A DNA stretch of 64,000 nt from Antechinus flavipes (GCF_016432865.1 NC_067402.1:218922001-218986000), one strand, 5' to 3'; counted from the stretch's first letter, positions 11,672 through 33,367 are shown. The notes: generated by a model not told the origin, from the letters alone. Numbers and translations are program-made.

Positions 11672-12760
11672 AAGAGAAATCAGAAGCGACCTCCGCTGAG
11701 CTGGGGATAGGGGGGCGCGAAAGAGGTTTATAAGGAAGAGTCAGAGCTGCGGCCTCCGATGGCCTGTACACCGAGGCTCGTATCAGTAAACGCAAGTGCT
11801 TAATAAATGCAGCTTGATTGTTCTATGCCTGTGCTCGATAAATTGGGAAGAATAGGGTTTGTAAGCATCTCCATCCTTCCTCCAAAGGCTAAACTCCTCT
11901 AGCTCTTGCCCCACTAAAGGGTTTTGTGGTTGCTTTGCGTGACTTCGCTGGGGATTTCCGGGCAAAAATTTGCGGACAGCATTAGTGACTTTCAGCCGGC
12001 TTTGCCCGAGGCCAGACTTGAACTCGAGAAGCGGGCAGCTCTCAAGCCTTCTCTCGATTGACTGACAACCCTTAGTCAACCCTAGTTTCAGATAAACTCC
12101 TTTTCCCCAAGAGCTCCGCCTCAATTCCCGGAAACTATTCTTCCCACCCCTGCGTAATCTTCAACTTTTCATTGGGCTATTCTTCCAGAAGAACCCCCTC
12201 CCGCCGCGGAAAGGAGGGAGGAGTTTTCTTGCCTTCCGTCCAATTGCTGCAGACGGGAGGCGGGACTTTTTTCTCACTCCCTACCTTTTGGGGAGGGGCG
12301 GGGCTTGTTGTCCTGAGGAAGCCTTCGCGGAGCGCCGAGAATGGCTCGCGCGGCAGCAGGGAGGGCGGGATATTTGGACCGGAATAGCCAGGCAGTGGGA
12401 GGAGCCGGGGAGCGAGGGGGAGGGACTTCCAGTGTTTGTAGTCGATCAAGCAGAGGAGAGCCAGGTTGCTGGATCCGCGAGCTAGGGAGAGCGACCCCCG
12501 ACAGGTAAGGGGGCTGGGAATGGAACGTGGCTCCCGGGTGTGCGGTCGTAGATTCTCTGAAGCTGGCGGACTGGCGGGCCTCCAGCAGCCCCTGGAGTCG
12601 GAAACCCCACATACGAGCGCAGGCGTCTCAGACTTAGCACGAATAAGGAATTTTGTTGCATAACTCGACCACCCCCATCCTTACTCACGACCTTCTACTC
12701 TCCACCCCTCGAGTAGGTCCTTTGACCCCCGAACCACGCCCCGTTATATATTCTGATTTA
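11540..12760 (+). promoter_or_regulatory. CpG island / STAT2 promoter with non-coding exon 1 (donor after 12504)
   Basis: High CpG density in an otherwise CpG-poor genome; GGGGATTTCC (kB) at 11950-11959; TTCCCGGAA (GAS) at 12125-12133; GC boxes; donor GACAG|GTAAGG at 12504/12505. The TSS cannot be located from sequence alone. Confidence 0.7.
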
Positions 12761-13489
12761 AATACTCTCCCCAGGTCTTCCTCAGTTTCCACTTCCCCTT
12801 CCATTTTCCCCTTATATTTCATTCTTGGCAACCTAATTCTCCCAAGATAGGTGGGAGTCTCTTAGATGGTAGGCGAGGAAGGCTTTAAAATATATATAAT
12901 TTATTAATGTCGCATTTTAGGGAGGGGGGGCAGGGGCTGGATCTCCAGCTGTTCCGTTCTGGGTATGACTTAACCTGCCACAGCTGTAGAAGGTTGGACT
13001 ACTCACTTCTCTCCTCACTTTCTCACTATGAGGTATATGAGGCTTTTAATAACAGATAATATTTTTTCTCGTTATTGATGCACAGTCACAGAAGGAAGAA
13101 AGAAATGTGGGTGAACATCAAGTTTTCAGCATTTTGCACACAGGCTCACAATAAATGTTTCTAAGTATTCAAAGTTCAAGCTTAGCAAAAAGAAAAACCA
13201 AAGCAAAACAAAACAAAAAAACTAATGCCATCTGGAGTAAAGGCTTTGACACATTATCTAACCTAGGTGGCTACTCTAGATCTCTGGGAATGCCTGGGAA
13301 TGTACTGTTAAACTCCTGCCAATACCTGGGTTGGATTGCACTCAGTTCAGTCTAGGGTTTAACCTATAAAATCAGGGGAATTCAGTTAATTTTCACAAAT
13401 TTCTTGTTCTCTTTCCCCCTAAAATCCTTATCTTCTTTTCTATTTGTAATGATCCAAGAGGAAAGTACTCTCCAGAGCACATTTATTAC

Positions 13490-13760
13490 ATGGGGGAAAA
13501 TGTATACATATATAATAAAAATATATCTATATTTATACATGTATTATACACATATGTACATGCATGTATTTATATAAAATTAAATGTATTTACAAAGGGC
13601 ACATATATACATGTGTATATGGTTACATGTGTTTTATACGTGCATGCATGTACATATTTATTATGCAGTGTGTGTGTTTGTGTATATATATATATGTATA
13701 TATATATATATGTTTGTGTATTTACTTTTAAATGCATATGTAGGTGCATAGGTGGAGAGA
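13490..13760. repeat. Degenerate (TA)/(TG)/(CA) low-complexity tract
   Basis: Direct reading. Confidence 0.85.
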
Positions 13761-14384
13761 AAGATAGATTTAAACCCCTAAAAATTTCAATATTTCCAGT
13801 CTCTATCTTTAGCTAGGTATTTAGCTAGGTATGGACATGATTTGCATAAATTTATTCCCTATTCTACTTCCTCTTTGTCTTCATATCACATTGGTTTCCC
13901 TTCCCCTATCAATTGAAACCCCTCTTGTAATCAAGATTAAAAACAGTTCAGCAAAGCCAGTCCACACAGAAACTGTACAATATTCTAGCATCATAATACT
14001 TCATCTCTTCAGTCAAGGGACAGGGCTCTATTTTTTCAGTTCCTTGAAAAGCTTAATCAATTAATTGTAATTAACAGAGCATTTAGTTTTCAAAAATTGT
14101 CCTTTTACTTTTTAGTCATTGTGCATATTATATATTTTTCCCTAAGCAAAAGTTTCTCTTCTTATCCTAGCTACTTTGATTTCATTTATGCCAAACTTTT
14201 CAATTGCATGTAATCAACATTATCTGCTTCATCTTTTGTGATTGTCTCTTCTCTTTTTTTTAAGAATTTCCTCTTTAGTCACAATTGTGATGCTCCATCC
14301 CTTTTCCTCCAAATTTTAACAATATAGTTTTTAAATTTTTTCAAGCATGCATTTGTAATTCATTATGGTGTATAGATGCCAGAC

Positions 14385-14600
14385 AGCTATGTGCTTCAGT
14401 GAATGTAGTGCTGGGTCTAAAAGACTTGATATGATATTAGCTGGGTGACCCTACACAAGTGACTGAAGCTGTCTGATCTTCAGTCTTATCTTTTAAATGG
14501 GGATAATAATATATCTACCTTGCAGGTTTAAATGAGATCATATATGTAAAATTCTTTGTAATTTTAAAGCACTAGGTAAAATGATAGCTATTATGTTGTT
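14385..14600 (+). mobile_element. MIR/MAR-type SINE
   Basis: gctgggtgaccctacacaagtgactgaagct...aaatggggataataata...aaagcactaggtaaaatgatagctattat. Confidence 0.6.
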
Positions 14601-15576
14601 GATAATGATCTAAACCTATATTTTTGCTAAGCTGCTTGCTAGTTTCCCAGGTTTTTGTCACTTCTTCTTCTGAGAAGTTTATGTTCTCAGTTCATTGAGC
14701 ACAACGTTGAGTTTGATTGTTTCTGGTTCTTGCTTCATTAATATTTTCCACTGATTGACTTTGCTATATTTTAGTCAATACCCAATAATTTTGTTAATTG
14801 TTTTACAATACAATTTTGAAGTCTGAAAGAGCCATCCTATCTTTAGAATCCCTTTTTTTTCTTATTTACCCTGAAATTCCAGATCCTTGGATATTTTGGA
14901 ATAGAACAATAAATTTACATTGTGGTATCATCATTCTTATGATATTGGTCTAATCTAATCATGGAAAAATGAGTAGTTCTTCAATAATTTTAGCTTTGCT
15001 TTAAACAATTATTGATATCTTTTGAGTTTGCATTACTTTTCATTTCTGAATTTATTTCTCTTACCCCTTTAAAATAGCAACCCATTCCTTGTAACAAAGA
15101 ACACAAAAGAAATCATGAAGAAAAAATGTAGATCCTCCAACTAACCAACACACCAGTGAAATCTGTACAATGGAATCAGTATGTACAGTGTTCCATTCTC
15201 AAATAGCACCCTCTAGCTCTGCAAAGATGGAGGAAGGAGCATTTTTTTTGTCTGTAAAATGAGAATTGGACCAGATATGATCTTATATCTCTTTTAAAGC
15301 CAAACCTGATCCTTATAATTAACCAGTGTTTAATTTATGCATCTATGAATTGTGTTTGTTAATTTTTTACTCATTAGACAGTAATTTTCCATTATATTAA
15401 TTTATCATAATTTGCTTAACCATTCTTCAATTAAAGACATTCTTTGTTTTCAATTCTTTGCCTTCGCAAAAAGTGCTACGTGACTCTTGGCATATAATAT
15501 TCCTATCTTTTATCTGTTTGGTGTATGTGCTCAGCAGATACATACTTAGATTAAAGGATATGGATATCACTTTTTA

Positions 15577-16589
15577 TTTTTTTTTTAATAATAATTTTTT
15601 ATTGATAGAATGCATGCCAGGGTAATTTTTTACAGCATTATCCCTTGCATTATTTCTGTTCCGATTTTTCCCCTCCCTCCCTCCACCCCTTCTCCCAAAT
15701 GGCAAGAGTCTTTTACATGTTGAATGGGTTGCAGTATATCCTAGATACAATATATGTGTGCAGAACCAAACAGTTTTCTTGTTGCACAGGGAGAATTGAA
15801 TTCAGAAGGTATAAATAACCCGGGAGGAAAAACATAAATGCAAGCAGTTTATATTCATTTCCAGTGTTCTTTCTCTGGATGTAGCTGCTTTTGTCCATCT
15901 TTGATCAATTAAGGCTCTCTTTATCAAAGAGGTCCACTTCCATCAGAATGCATCCTCAAACAGTATCGTTGTTGAGGTATATAATGATCTCCTGGTTCTG
16001 CTCATTTCACTCAGCATCAGTTCATGTAAGTCTCGCCAGTCCTCTCTGTATTCATCCTGCTGGTCGTTCCTTACAGAACAATAATATTCCATAACGTTCA
16101 TATACCACAATTTACTCAACCATTCTCCAATTGATGGACATCCTTTCATTTTCCAGCTTCTAGCCACTACAAACAGGGCTGCCACAAACATTTTGGCACA
16201 TACAGGTCCCTTTCCTTTCTTTAGTATCTCTTTGGGGTATAAGCCCAGTAGAAACACTGCTGGATCAAAGGGTATGCACAGCTTGATAACTTTTTGAGCA
16301 TAGTTCCAAACTGCTCTCTAGAATGGCTGGATGTGTTCACAATTCCACCAACAATGTATCAGTGTCCCTGTTTTCCCACATCCCCTCCAACATTCCCCAT
16401 TATCTTTCCCTGTCATTCTAGCCAATCTGACAGGTGTGTAGTGGTATCTCAGAGTTGTCTTAATTTGCATTTCTCTGATTAATAATGATTTGGAGCATAT
16501 TTTCATATGTCTATAAATAGTTTCAATTTCTTTGTCTGAGAATTGTCTGTTCATATCCTTTGACCATTTATCAATTGGAGAATGGTTTG
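15577..16589 (-). mobile_element. Young 5'-truncated LINE-1 (about 1.0 kb) with target-site duplication, nested in an older L1
   Basis: Poly(T) at the left end; intact ORF2 C-terminal fragment (LGLYPKEILKKGKGPVCAKMFVAALFVVARSWK...EMSRTRRSLYT); TSD ATGGATATCACTTTTT(A) at 15560-15576 and 16590-16606; endonuclease site TT/AAAA on the minus strand. Confidence 0.93.
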
Positions 16590-16920
16590 ATGGATATCAC
16601 TTTTTAAAAAATATTATTCCAAATTGCTTTCTAGTATGGTTGGTCCTATTCACTGCCCAATCAATTGTGTATTATTAATAATGTCTGAATTTCTCCAGCC
16701 TCTCAAAAAATGTAAACTAGTTTCATACTTTGTTTTCTTTGCCAATTTGCTGAGTGTGGCATAAAATCTCAAAATTTTTAATTTTTGTTTCTTTTATTAT
16801 TAGTGTTTTGGAGCAGTTTTTCATATGGTTGTGAATTGTTTGTATTTCTTTTAGAACTGTTTGTCCTTATCTTTTGAGCACATCCAATAGGAAATAGTTC
16901 TTTATTTTATATTTATGTTA

Positions 16921-17062
16921 GAGATACATAGATGTCACAATGGATAGAACACTGGCCCTGAAATTGGGAGGACCTGAGTTCAAGTGCAACTTTAGACACT
17001 TAACACTTACAAACTGTGAGACTCTGCTAGTCACTTAATCCCAATTGTCTCTCCAAAAAAAA
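16921..17062 (+). mobile_element. WSINE1-like tRNA-derived SINE (older copy)
   Basis: atggatagaacactggccctgaaattgggaggacctgagttcaag...agtcacttaatcccaattgtctctccaaaaaaaaa. Confidence 0.7.
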
Positions 17063-18119
17063 ATGTGTGTGTGTGTATATGATATGCATGCTAATTTATA
17101 GTTTAGTAACTAATTACTTCATATGCATTTTTAGTTTTGTGAGCTTTTGTTTTGAGCATTTTTAGTTTTGTGAGATTGAGATAGAAGGTACTAATAATTA
17201 TTTTTTCTTCTGTTTTTGAAATTTCACCTTGTTCATTTTTTTATATTCCTCTTTGAGGATACTTATGTTGTTTTTGTTGATTTTAATCTTTTCAAAGAAT
17301 TAGCTCTTAGCTTTGTTTTTCATTTCAGGAACCTTATTTTAATTTTACATATTTTTGTAGTTTTCAAGATTTCTTTTGTGCTTTTTTAATATTTATTTGT
17401 TTACTTTCTAATTTTTAAGATGCATACTAAATTGATTTCATTGTCACTAATGTGTGTTTTCAGTTATTTTTTCCCACTGAAGATAATTTTAGATTATCCC
17501 AGAAATATTGTATTGTTTCATTGTTATCATTTTCTTTCACCTAATTACTATTTCTAGGAATTATTTAGTTGTCAGAATATCATTATTAAGTCTCCATTTT
17601 TTTCTCTATCTTTTGCTATGACTATTTATATTATATTATGTAAGGGATGTGTTTAGTATTTCTACTTCTTTATATTCCAATCTTCTCTATATCCTGGTAT
17701 GAGGTCCCATGTGGTACTAAAACTGTGTGTTTATATGTATGTTCTTTAATGTTACTGTTCTGAAGATGATACAGAGCTTTTCAGATCTATTTTTTCTAGG
17801 TTTGTTCAGCTTCACATTTTCCATTTTGTATCTTTTTTCAGTTAAATTTATTCAGTTCAGAAAAAGGAATATTAAAATCTTCTATAACTATTATATAATT
17901 AGCTAGACTTTTTTTCAATTTAGTTAACTTTTCCTTTGAGAATTTAGATGTATATTTGATATATATATATATATATACACACTAAATGATCATATTAGTT
18001 CTTTGATTATGGTACCTTCAAGTATCTTGTGGTTTCTTTACTAGTCTCTTTTAATATTGTGAGGTTTGTTTTTTTTTTAATCTAATAGCAGAATTGGCAA
18101 CATCTGCTTTTTAAAATAT

Positions 18120-18395
18120 CATGAGAAGCAGCTAGTTGACACAATATATAGAGTACTGTCTCTAGAATCACAAAGAATAAAATTAAACTTTCAGACACAA
18201 GCTAGCTGTAAAACCCTAGGCAAAGCACTTAATATTGCCAGTTTTCTGAACTATAAAATAGGACTAATAACAACTCCTACCATTGCAGAGTTGTTGTGAG
18301 GATCTAATAAAATAATATTTTTAAAGCAGGTAGCATAGTACTTAGCACATAACCATTTCTATATAAATATTAGCTGTTACTGTATTATCATTACC
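18120..18395 (+). mobile_element. MIR/MAR1-type SINE
   Basis: gagttgttgtgaggatc...cttagcacat...tatataaatattagctgttact is a MIR 3' end. Confidence 0.55.
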
Positions 18396-20362
18396 TTTCA
18401 TTTATCTCATTTTCATTCTGCATTTTTTTATGTGCTTCTTGTCTGTGCAAATTATTGGACTTTGTTTAATCCAGATTGTTACACTTTTATTTCATTGGAT
18501 TGCTCAACTTTAAGGTCATTTATGTTTTCCTCCATTTATTTATTTTTAATTTATTTTTATCCCATTTCTCTTTTTGGTGATTATTTTTTCTTGCACTATT
18601 TTGATTTTTTTTTTATGTGCAGACTATTCCCTCCCTTTTACCGGAACTATCCTGAATTGTTTGAATTTAAATATATTATATCTTAATTTTTATTTGTTTC
18701 TCTTTTAACTCTTCTTCCCCTCAATCTCTCAGCTTCTTCCATGTGCTCTTAGGATCCTTTTGGTTTATGAATTTATGCCAGGCTTTTATAAGGGCTTTTT
18801 TTCTTGTTATTTTGTGAACCTTTTTCTTGCATTCTCCATTAGTATCAATCCTTTGGCTTTCTGCTTTCCACTGGGGAAATACCCAAGGCTAGCAAATGCC
18901 CAAGGTAGAAATTACCACCAAGCACCGCTTTGTTCCTTTTAAGATGTTGGACATCTTTTCATCTGTTGGACTCTCACACCATTTACTTTAATCCCATAAG
19001 CTCCTTAGCCCCATACTTCCTCTTTGCCACCTTCAATATGTAGATCTTATTAGAGAAATTCGTAGATAACATTGTAAGAGGCTGTCAAGGAAGTGTTACA
19101 TGAAATTATGAACTCATTGAGGGCAGAGTCTATACTCATTTTTAAAAATGACATTCAGTCATATGACTTTTTATCTTTTAGTGATAAATTTCATTTTAAA
19201 ACCACAAACCTAAAAATGTAAACTAAACCAAAATATACTCCCCAAAAGAAGTAAGCATATTTTGTAGATACTTGTATATATTTGTATTGTTCCTGTAGAA
19301 TGTAAGCTTCTTGAGGTCAGAAACTGTACTCTTTTTGTTTTTGAGTCTCCATCACCTAGCACAGTACCTTGCATTTAGCTGATGTTTAATAAATTTCAAC
19401 AATGCAATTTATGAATTGTTTGAATTGAGTAGTACGTTAGTATCTGCTTTTTACCATGTGCTTTTCAGAAATTTTATTAATATTTTTGCTTTTACTTAAA
19501 CAGTTTACTTTATGACAAAGAAAAATAATAAAGCAAAAACACTCCCCAAGAGTAACCACATCTGACAATGCACACATTTCACCCTAGGAGTCTCCTTCAT
19601 CTCTGCCAGAAGTTAGAAGTATCTTTCATTACCCAAGCTCTATTCATAATCATTGTTAATTATTACATAGAATTCAACTTCCTCTCTTTTTGTTATATTT
19701 TTGGCTCTGATTATTCCATTGTGTCAGCAGTTCATGGAAACCTTTGCATGTGTATCTGAATAACTCATTCTTCATTTTCTTCTGTATAGTACTATCTCAT
19801 TATAGTCATAGATTTAAAATCAGAAATCAAATCTTAGAGGTCATTGACTCCAAGTGGATCAGTAAACTGAGATACTTGACACTAAGAGTGGTTCAGTGAT
19901 CTGCCTCGGGTCACACAGCTAGAAAAATGTCTGCATTGGCATTCAGACTCAGGCCTTCTTGGTTCCAAATCCAGCACTCTTTCTGTTATAACACCTGGAT
20001 GCTCTGGGCCCAGTTTCTTCAGCCATTCTCTAGTTGGTGAGCACCTTCGTTATTTCCAGTTCTTTGCTACTGGGAGAAAGTGCTACCAGGAAAATTTTTC
20101 TTGATTTAGGTTTTTGTTTCCATCTTCGACCTTCTTGGATTATGTGCTCTTTAGTGAAGTTGCTGGGTCAGAGACAAAAACAGTACAGCTCCTGACCGCC
20201 TTATCCTCTATAGGATCATATATACAAATATCTATAAAACATGCCTAGGGGAGTATATTTTGGTTTAGTGTGCATTTTCAGGTTTTGATATCAAAATGAA
20301 ATTTATCACTGAAAAAAAATAAAAAGTCATATGACTGAATGTCATTTTAAAAAATGGGTATA

Positions 20363-21220
20363 ACATCCAGCCATTCTGGAGAGCAATTTGGAACTATGCT
20401 CAAAAAGTTCTCAAACTGTGCATACCCTTTGATCCAGCAGTGTTTCTACTGGGCTTATACCCCAAAGAGATACTAAAGAAAGGAAAGGGACCTGTATGTG
20501 CCAAAATGTTTGTGGCAGCCCTGTTTGTAATGGCTAGAAGCTGGAAAATGAAAGTATGCCCATCAATTAGAGAATGGTTGAGTAAATTGTGGTATATGAA
20601 CGTTATGGAATATTATTGTTCTGTAAGGAATGACCAGCAGGATGAATACAGAGAGGACTGGAGAGACTTACAGGAACTGATGCTAAGTGAAATGAGCAGA
20701 ACCAGGAGATCATTATATACCTCAACAACGATACTGTTTGAGGATATATTCTGATGGAAGTGGATCTCTTCGATAAAGAGAGTTAATTCAGATCAAAGAT
20801 GGACAGAAGCAACTACACCCAAAGAAAGAACACTGGGAAATGAATATAAACTGCTTGCATTTTTGGTTTTCTTCCCAGGTTATTTCTACCTTCTGAATTC
20901 AATTCTCCCTGTGCAACAAGAAAACTGTTCAGTTCTGCACACATATATTGTATCTAGGATATACTGTAACCTATTCAACATGTAAAGGACTGCTTGCCAT
21001 CTAGGGGAGGGGGTGGAGGGAGGGAGGGGAAAAATCGGAACAGAAGTGAATACAAGAGATAATGCTGTAAAAAAAAAAATTACCCTGGCATGGGTTCTAT
21101 CAATAAAAAGTTATTTAAAAAAACAAAACCCAAAGCATTATATAAATGCTAACCATTATAATTATTATTAATAAACTTTAAAGCACTATAAAAATGCAAG
21201 ATTTTATCTACCAAAAAAAA
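20363..21220 (+). mobile_element. Young 5'-truncated LINE-1 (about 760 bp) plus about 90 bp of apparent 3' transduction and a second poly(A)
   Basis: ORF2 C-terminal fragment differs at only 5 of 104 aa from the copy at 15577-16589; L1 AATAAA at 21102-21107; TSD AAAAAATGGGTATA at 20349-20362 and 21221-21234; target site TTTT/AAAAAA. Confidence 0.92.
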
Positions 21221-22140
21221 AAAAAATGGGTATAGACTATTCTCAATTTCTTGAATAATCCTAAATTGATATGTTGGGCTAGTTCCTAGAACCATCAGCA
21301 ATATATTAGTATACTTATCTTCCCCTAGCTCCTCAAATACTGACATATCTGCTTTTTTTCCTCTTTTATATGCCTTTCCATATTTTAAAAATTCTTCTTA
21401 TTCCTTGTACTTTACAGTACAATAATATTCCATTACATTGTCATTCCACAATTTATTAAGCCATTACCAGTTAAGTAGTTTGCAGTTTTCTGCCATTAAA
21501 ATAGTGGTATTATAAATATTTTTTGTAAAGATAATCCTTTTCTTACTGTCAATAATAACTACACCAAAGGTTATGAATATTTTTGTAAGTTTGGGGGACA
21601 TAATTTCATATTGTTTTTTACCCATGGAAGGCCTAGATATTTGTGATCTCTAAAGGGAAGGGTCAGGCTTTTTTGTCTCCTTGTCTCTGACTCTTTATAT
21701 CTTTACCCCAAAATTCCAAAGGAATCATTTAGAGATTAGGTTTGTTTATATCTAAAATCTCCTTAAAGCAAGGAATAGAAAGGGATTCGATGTATGTTGT
21801 AAATCAGATATAGGACAGCTATTTACTTCTTCCAACCAGAATAAATCCTGAAAATAGAAAAAGTCCATACACATATCTTAATAAAAATTTAAATAAGGAG
21901 TTTTTAAAACAAGCAATATTTTATAATTAGTTATGCTTTTCCTGGAGGTTGAAACTTAAAAAATATCAAAACCTGTACTGCAATACTCTCCATCAATTGT
22001 TCCCATTCCCCATTTCCAAACTTTACCTCTTCAAGGAAGTGAGGAGGAATCATTTCCTCATTTTTTTTCCTCTAAAGCCATTATAGTTTACAAAGTATTG
22101 GCCTCATGTTAGCATTTCTTTTCCTTTACATTAATACACT

Positions 22141-22142
<2 letters not shown>

Positions 22143-22182
<40 letters not shown>
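22143..22182. repeat. (GT)20 microsatellite
   Basis: Direct reading. Confidence 0.98.
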
Positions 22183-22185
<3 letters not shown>

Positions 22186-22454
22186 TTCTATAGTTCTGCT
22201 TGTTTCACTCTGCATCGGTGCCTATAATTTGTGTCATATTTCTCTGAATTTCTTTAATTAATTTCTTATGATATAAAGATAATCTGTTACGTTCTGGTAC
22301 CCACTTCTTTCTAGTTCTTTGCTAATAAAAAGTGCTTTAAAAAGTGTATATGGTGGTTTTTGCATAAACCGTTTTTTTTTTTCTTTTCTATCTTTAAACT
22401 CATTGGAGTATACATTCTACTTTGAGGACTCAGGGAAATAAGGCTCAGGAAGGT

Positions 22455-22895
22455 CATATTAAGAGGCACACTTCCATCAGTTAGAGAATGGCTAAATAAG
22501 TTATGATATATGAAAGTAGTAGAATATTGTTCTATAAAAAATGATAAACAAGCTGATTATAGAAATTCCTGGAAAGATATACATGAACTGATTCTGAGTG
22601 AAAAAAGTAGAACCAGGAATATATTGTACACAGTAACAGCAAAATTGTGCAATAATCAACTGTGAAAGACTTGGTTCTTCTCAGTAGTTCAGTGATCCAA
22701 GGCAATCCCAATAAACTTTGGATCAAAAATGCCATATGCATCCAGAGAGAGAACTATGGAGATTGAATGTAAATTAACACATTCCATGTTCACTTTTTTT
22801 CCTTTTTGTTTTTTTTTTCCTCTCATGGTTTTACCCTTTTGTTCTAATTTTTTTCTCCTAACATAATTCATAAAGAAATATGTATTTTAAAAAAA
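22455..22895 (+). mobile_element. Old L1 ORF2 end and 3'UTR fragment
   Basis: gagaatggctaaataagttatgatatatg...atacatgaactgattctgagtgaaaaaagtagaaccagg...catccagagagagaactatggag. Confidence 0.75.
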
Positions 22896-23831
22896 GGCAC
22901 AATCATGGTCCCATAGTATCCCATAACTCGGGTCTTCACTCCCAGATTGGGGCATTATCTGTCTACACTACTGAGCAGGCATCTCCTTGGGATAGAAAGT
23001 AAGCAGAAGGATAAGCACTGGCCATAAGCCTGTTGCCGACAAGTGAGATTGAAGCATGACGAATTGAATAAGCCTTCATCTTGCCGATCTTGCATACTAT
23101 ATAGTTAGATATGTTAGAAAAACTAGATCTGTGTTTTAGAGTCAGTTTAGAAAGTGGAATTTTCTAATTGCCCACCATTAGTTCCAGGCCCTGCTTCTGC
23201 TTCCAGCTATATAAAGAGGATCAATTGTAGAACATCAGGGACTTTGGAATGCATCTGCTCCTGAGTGCTCTGGGAACCAGATAAAAATGTAATTGGAAAT
23301 TATTTAATAAAATATAAAAATACAGGGATTCTTACATACATTTTAGTGGCCTATTTGTAATTTCACTTTGATATCACTGATCTAGTCTAACCTTCTAGTT
23401 TTACAGATGAAGAAAACTGAGAGGTGCCAAGTATGAAATTACTTATTTCATAGCTCTTAGTGGTAATAGCTCTTAAGTCATAAAAGGAGGACTCAAACTC
23501 AGACCCCTGATCCCAATTCCATGGTATTTTCTATAATAACACATTATTTCCTTGAACCTCTATTACTCATCTATAAAATGAGAATTATTTCACTATCCAT
23601 CACTCAAGGTTGCTATGAAGAAAGAGTTCTATACATCATAAAACACTATATATATGTGGACTTATATTATTTCTGTAACAGGAATATATTGGGCCAGAAG
23701 AGAGCTTACTGTTCTGCTGAGTTTGAGCCAAATCCATCTAAACTATAAAAATTTACATTGTCCCTGGAGCTGACCCTGCAGATTCACACTTGGATAATCT
23801 TCGTGCTGTGGCCTCTTGTATCTAACCCTGG

Positions 23832-33367
<9,536 letters not shown>

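Noticed and set aside
11783-12850. Cluster of overlapping 65-113 aa ORFs on both strands
   Set aside because: These are CpG-island artefacts. A possible spliced uORF from the ATG at 12341 depends on a TSS I cannot place.
15943-16554. 104-aa and 78-aa ORFs, and the matching 20440-20754 ORF
   Set aside because: They are L1 ORF2 C-terminal fragments, not host genes.
22895-23110. Unusual intronic stretch with several CpGs, considered as a retrocopy or ncRNA
   Set aside because: No frame gives a recognisable peptide, there is no poly(A) or TSD, and part resembles a degraded SINE head.
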